From Mesotaenium endlicherianum (Eukaryota), in assembly GCA_009602735.1 (NCBI GenBank), contig WELA01003381.1, positions 1-47,172 on the forward strand: 47,172 bases of DNA, given 5' to 3'. Below the pieces are notes generated by a model, which searched no databases, was not told the DNA's origin, and saw only the letters and a list, made by a program, of their open reading frames with translations. Every line of letters begins with the position of its first letter. The first letter of the stretch is position 1. Below, piece by piece: positions 46,691-47,172 of the stretch. Position numbers and translations under genes: made by a program.

Positions 46691-47172
46691 TGTAGTGATT
46701 TGAGTTATTATATATTAGTTTGCATATATTTTATTGTTTTCAAATATATTTGGAGTAGTATTGTGTGGAGTCAAGTGTGAATAGGTACTCTAGTAACTTG
46801 GTTCATGTCCTTTGAACCTTCTAAGGCATTTTCGAAGTTAGAGGAAAGACCTAGAAGAACTCCATGTGGCAAAAGTCAAATGTGCCATTTTTAGGTCAAA
46901 AGGACATGTGTACATTATTCTAGAAAGAGGTGGCAAGTTTTGGGATGTGTTGGGTGCCAACACATCAACATACACTTTCCTAGAACTTACTTATGTAGCA
47001 AGTATATAAACAGGAGCTAGAACATAGAAAGACATTCCAGAATCACTCTTGTACTTGCCAAAATCCAGAAATATATNCATTTTACTTTCAAAAAACTACC
47101 ACTTGTGTTCAAAGATCCTTGTCTTGAATAGATAAACTATTCTGTTTTACTAAGTACTTTATCTATCTGTTT
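46691..47172 (+). repeat. LTR family L3, truncated by window end
   Basis: Starts TGTAGTGATT; homologous to 17481-17981 (reverse) and 1-77. Confidence 0.85.

Noticed and set aside
1..47172. Whole window as one giant L3-bounded LTR element or a circular contig
   Set aside because: The end repeats are copies of a dispersed LTR (third copy at 17481). No PBS or clear PPT adjoins them in either orientation, and the outer TSDs lie outside the window.

Overview
Eukaryotic, transposon-saturated DNA with no intact host gene, probably from a streptophyte (charophyte alga or non-seed plant). That host guess is inference from the tRNA-iMet-primed chromoviruses, a trihelix Myb/SANT pseudogene and the DNMT-carrying Gypsy elements. 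Most of the window is nested Ty3/Gypsy LTR retrotransposons and solo LTRs of at least four LTR families, plus one non-autonomous hAT element. Three things stand out. (1) A ~760-codon RAG1/Transib-like DDE transposase (12329-14608) keeps its catalytic and Zn-binding residues and abuts, stop-to-stop, a convergent ~390-codon zinc-ribbon/coiled-coil gene. This is the ProtoRAG arrangement, but the partner is not RAG2-like. (2) Two divergent Gypsy elements carry a C5 cytosine methyltransferase inside Pol; one also has a PHD finger after integrase. (3) A chromovirus carries an extra intact 3' ORF between repeated polypurine tracts. All calls come from reading motifs by eye; no database searches were run.
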